Assembly (NCBI GenBank): GCA_045563135.1
Contig: JBJKUL010000001.1
Span: 598,650-662,649 of the forward strand
Origin: Candidatus Actinomarina sp.
GTDB lineage: Bacteria > Actinomycetota > Acidimicrobiia > Actinomarinales > Actinomarinaceae
DNA: 64,000 nucleotides
Reading direction: 5' to 3'
Shown here: piece after piece, positions 62,467-64,000 of the stretch
Numbering within the stretch: the stretch's first letter is position 1
Layout: every line of letters begins with the position of its first letter
Made by a program: the position numbers and the translations under genes
Notes under the pieces: model-generated
Database searches by the model: none
The model's input: the letters and a program-made list of their open reading frames with translations, nothing else
Told to the model about the DNA's origin: nothing

Positions 62467-64000
62467 TTATTTTATTTCAACTTCACCTAGAATTTCGATA
62501 ACGTCGCCTTCTTTAATATCTTTGTAATCAGTCAACCCAATACCGCATTCGAGACCTTCTAAAACCTTCTCGACATTATCTTTGAATCTTCTTAAAGATG
62601 TGACAGTTCCTTCATATATAACAACTCCATCTCTTAATAGTCTTGCTTTACTATCAATCTCGACTCTTCCCTCTGTAACAATAGAACCAGCAACTACTCC
62701 TACTTTTGGCGCTCTGAAAGTTGTTCTTACATCAACCATACCAATAACTGCTTCTTCAGTTTTAATGGTCATCTCACCTTGAAGAGCCTCGGTAATGTCA
62801 TCTAGTAATTCATAAATAATTTGATAAGTCCTGACATCAATACCTTTACTTTGTGCCATATTTCTAGCCTGACTATCAGGTCTAACGTTAAATCCAACTA
62901 TTAATGAGTTTGTAGCACCTGCTAAGTCCACATCAGAAAGAACAATTCCACCAACTGCTGAATGTACAATTTCAATTTGTACTTCATCTGAAGATAATTT
63001 AAGAAGACCATCTTTTATAGCTTCAACAGAACCATTAGTATCTGCTTTTAAGATGACATTAATTGTATTTAACTCACCTTCTTGTAATAGTTGCATCATT
63101 TCAGAAACACGTGATTGGACTGTATATGAAGAGCTATCAAAGTCTTTTAATAATGTTTTGTTTTGTTCCGCTTTAGCTTTAGCTTCTTTTTGACTCTTAA
63201 CAGCAACAAACTGATCCCCTGAATTAGGAGATTCGTCCCAGCCGATAATATCAACAGGCGATCCAGGAATTACATTTTTAAGAACTTTATTCGTGTGGTC
63301 AAACATTGATTTAACTCTACAAAATGCTCCACCTGCATACAAGAAATCACCTTGCTTTAAAGTACCTCTGGTAACAACAACAGTTGCTACATTTCCTCGA
63401 CCTACTTCCATTCTTGATTCAATAATATAACCAGATGCATTGGTATTAGGATTTGCTTTAAGCTCTTCTATTTCTGCAACGAGAGATAATGTCTCTAACA
63501 AATCATCTACCCCATCACCCTTTAATGCAGAAACTTCTACTACAGGTGTATCTCCACCAAGATCTTCAGCGATTATTTCATATTTAGTTAAATCAGCTTT
63601 TACTAAAGCTGGATTTGCATCTGGGAGGTCACATTTATTAACTGCAACAACTATCGGAACCCCAGCTGCCTTTGAGTGGTTAATTGCTTCAATTGTCTGT
63701 GGCATTATTCCATCATCCGCTGCAACGACTAAAACTACAATGTCAGTAACGTTTGCCCCTCTAGCTCTCATTTGGGTAAATGCTTCGTGACCAGGAGTAT
63801 CTATAAACGTTATACCTAAATCTCCTGATTCAACTTTATACGCACCAACATGTTGAGTTATACCACCAGCTTCGCCATCAGCGACTTTCTCATTACGGAT
63901 ATAATCTAGCAAACTTGTTTTACCATGATCAACATGGCCCATAACAGTAATGATTGGTGATCTCACAGTTAAGTTCTGTTCTTCATCTTGAAATTCTTGT
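62467..64000 (-). CDS. infB: Translation initiation factor IF-2, 5' end outside the window
   Basis: It has the G-domain VMGHVDHGKTSLLD, DTPGHEAF and NKCD. The frame stays open upstream of the ORF-track start to the window edge. Confidence 0.95.
   Translation of the reverse strand, partial: QEFQDEEQNLTVRSPIITVMGHVDHGKTSLLDYIRNEKVADGEAGGITQHVGAYKVESGDLGITFIDTPGHEAFTQMRARGANVTDIVVLVVAADDGIMPQTIEAINHSKAAGVPIVVAVNKCDLPDANPALVKADLTKYEIIAEDLGGDTPVVEVSALKGDGVDDLLETLSLVAEIEELKANPNTNASGYIIESRMEVGRGNVATVVVTRGTLKQGDFLYAGGAFCRVKSMFDHTNKVLKNVIPGSPVDIIGWDESPNSGDQFVAVKSQKEAKAKAEQNKTLLKDFDSSSYTVQSRVSEMMQLLQEGELNTINVILKADTNGSVEAIKDGLLKLSSDEVQIEIVHSAVGGIVLSDVDLAGATNSLIVGFNVRPDSQARNMAQSKGIDVRTYQIIYELLDDITEALQGEMTIKTEEAVIGMVDVRTTFRAPKVGVVAGSIVTEGRVEIDSKARLLRDGVVIYEGTVTSLRRFKDNVEKVLEGLECGIGLTDYKDIKEGDVIEILGEVEIK

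Noticed and set aside
1-64000. I looked for CRISPR arrays, IS elements, transposases, integrases, prophage modules, rRNA, tmRNA, RNase P and SRP RNA.
   Set aside because: No direct-repeat arrays, recombinase-like ORFs, or conserved RNA signatures (for example GAGGAAAGUCC) were visible in the ORF set or in the few intergenic gaps. The only mobility trace is the tRNA-Phe relic.

Overview
This is an AT-rich, very gene-dense bacterial chromosomal segment with many 1-20 nt gene overlaps and only three intergenic gaps longer than 250 nt. I found no transposase, integrase, CRISPR array or rRNA. Read right to left, the backbone is infB-rbfA-nrnA-truB-ribF-rpsO-pnp ... dapB-dapA-ftsK ... cinA-recA-miaB-miaA-dapF-lexA-LysM-nrdR ... 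dut. From memory, this matches the conserved actinobacterial order (the Rv2839c to Rv2697c stretch of M. tuberculosis). Deazaflavin/F420-type and mycothiol-type enzyme families are also present, so I infer a streamlined low-GC actinobacterium, possibly of the marine Actinomarina type; this taxonomy is inference only. Other content includes the glycine cleavage operon gcvH-T-PA-PB, purine salvage genes (deoD, add), glpK, a GH1 beta-glucosidase, a phnDCEE phosphonate ABC transporter, and a tRNA Gly-Cys ... Val cluster. The most interesting observations are as follows. (1) A TlpA/ResA-like thioredoxin-fold gene has a single in-frame TGA exactly at the first Cys of its CxxC motif, followed by a SECIS-like hairpin, which makes it a candidate selenoprotein. 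(2) A translationally coupled LLM / radical-SAM (C-terminal CCAEP tail) / flavin reductase / methyltransferase operon has no known function. (3) A CobT-like VWA protein carrying an HExxH motif is paired with a CobS-like AAA ATPase whose Walker A and Walker B residues appear swapped (GKD and SE). (4) Protein-coding genes are inserted inside the tRNA cluster, a decayed tRNA-Phe 3' half lies nearby, and the tRNA-Val has C at position 33. (5) A divergently arranged umuD-like/umuC pair shares an 18-nt palindrome that differs from the GAAC-N4-GTTC LexA boxes found at recA and lexA. (6) A 350-nt intergenic region holds twin palindromes, a candidate small RNA and a 37-aa hyperbasic ORF. All functional calls come from reading the translated ORFs and motifs by eye; no database search was run.
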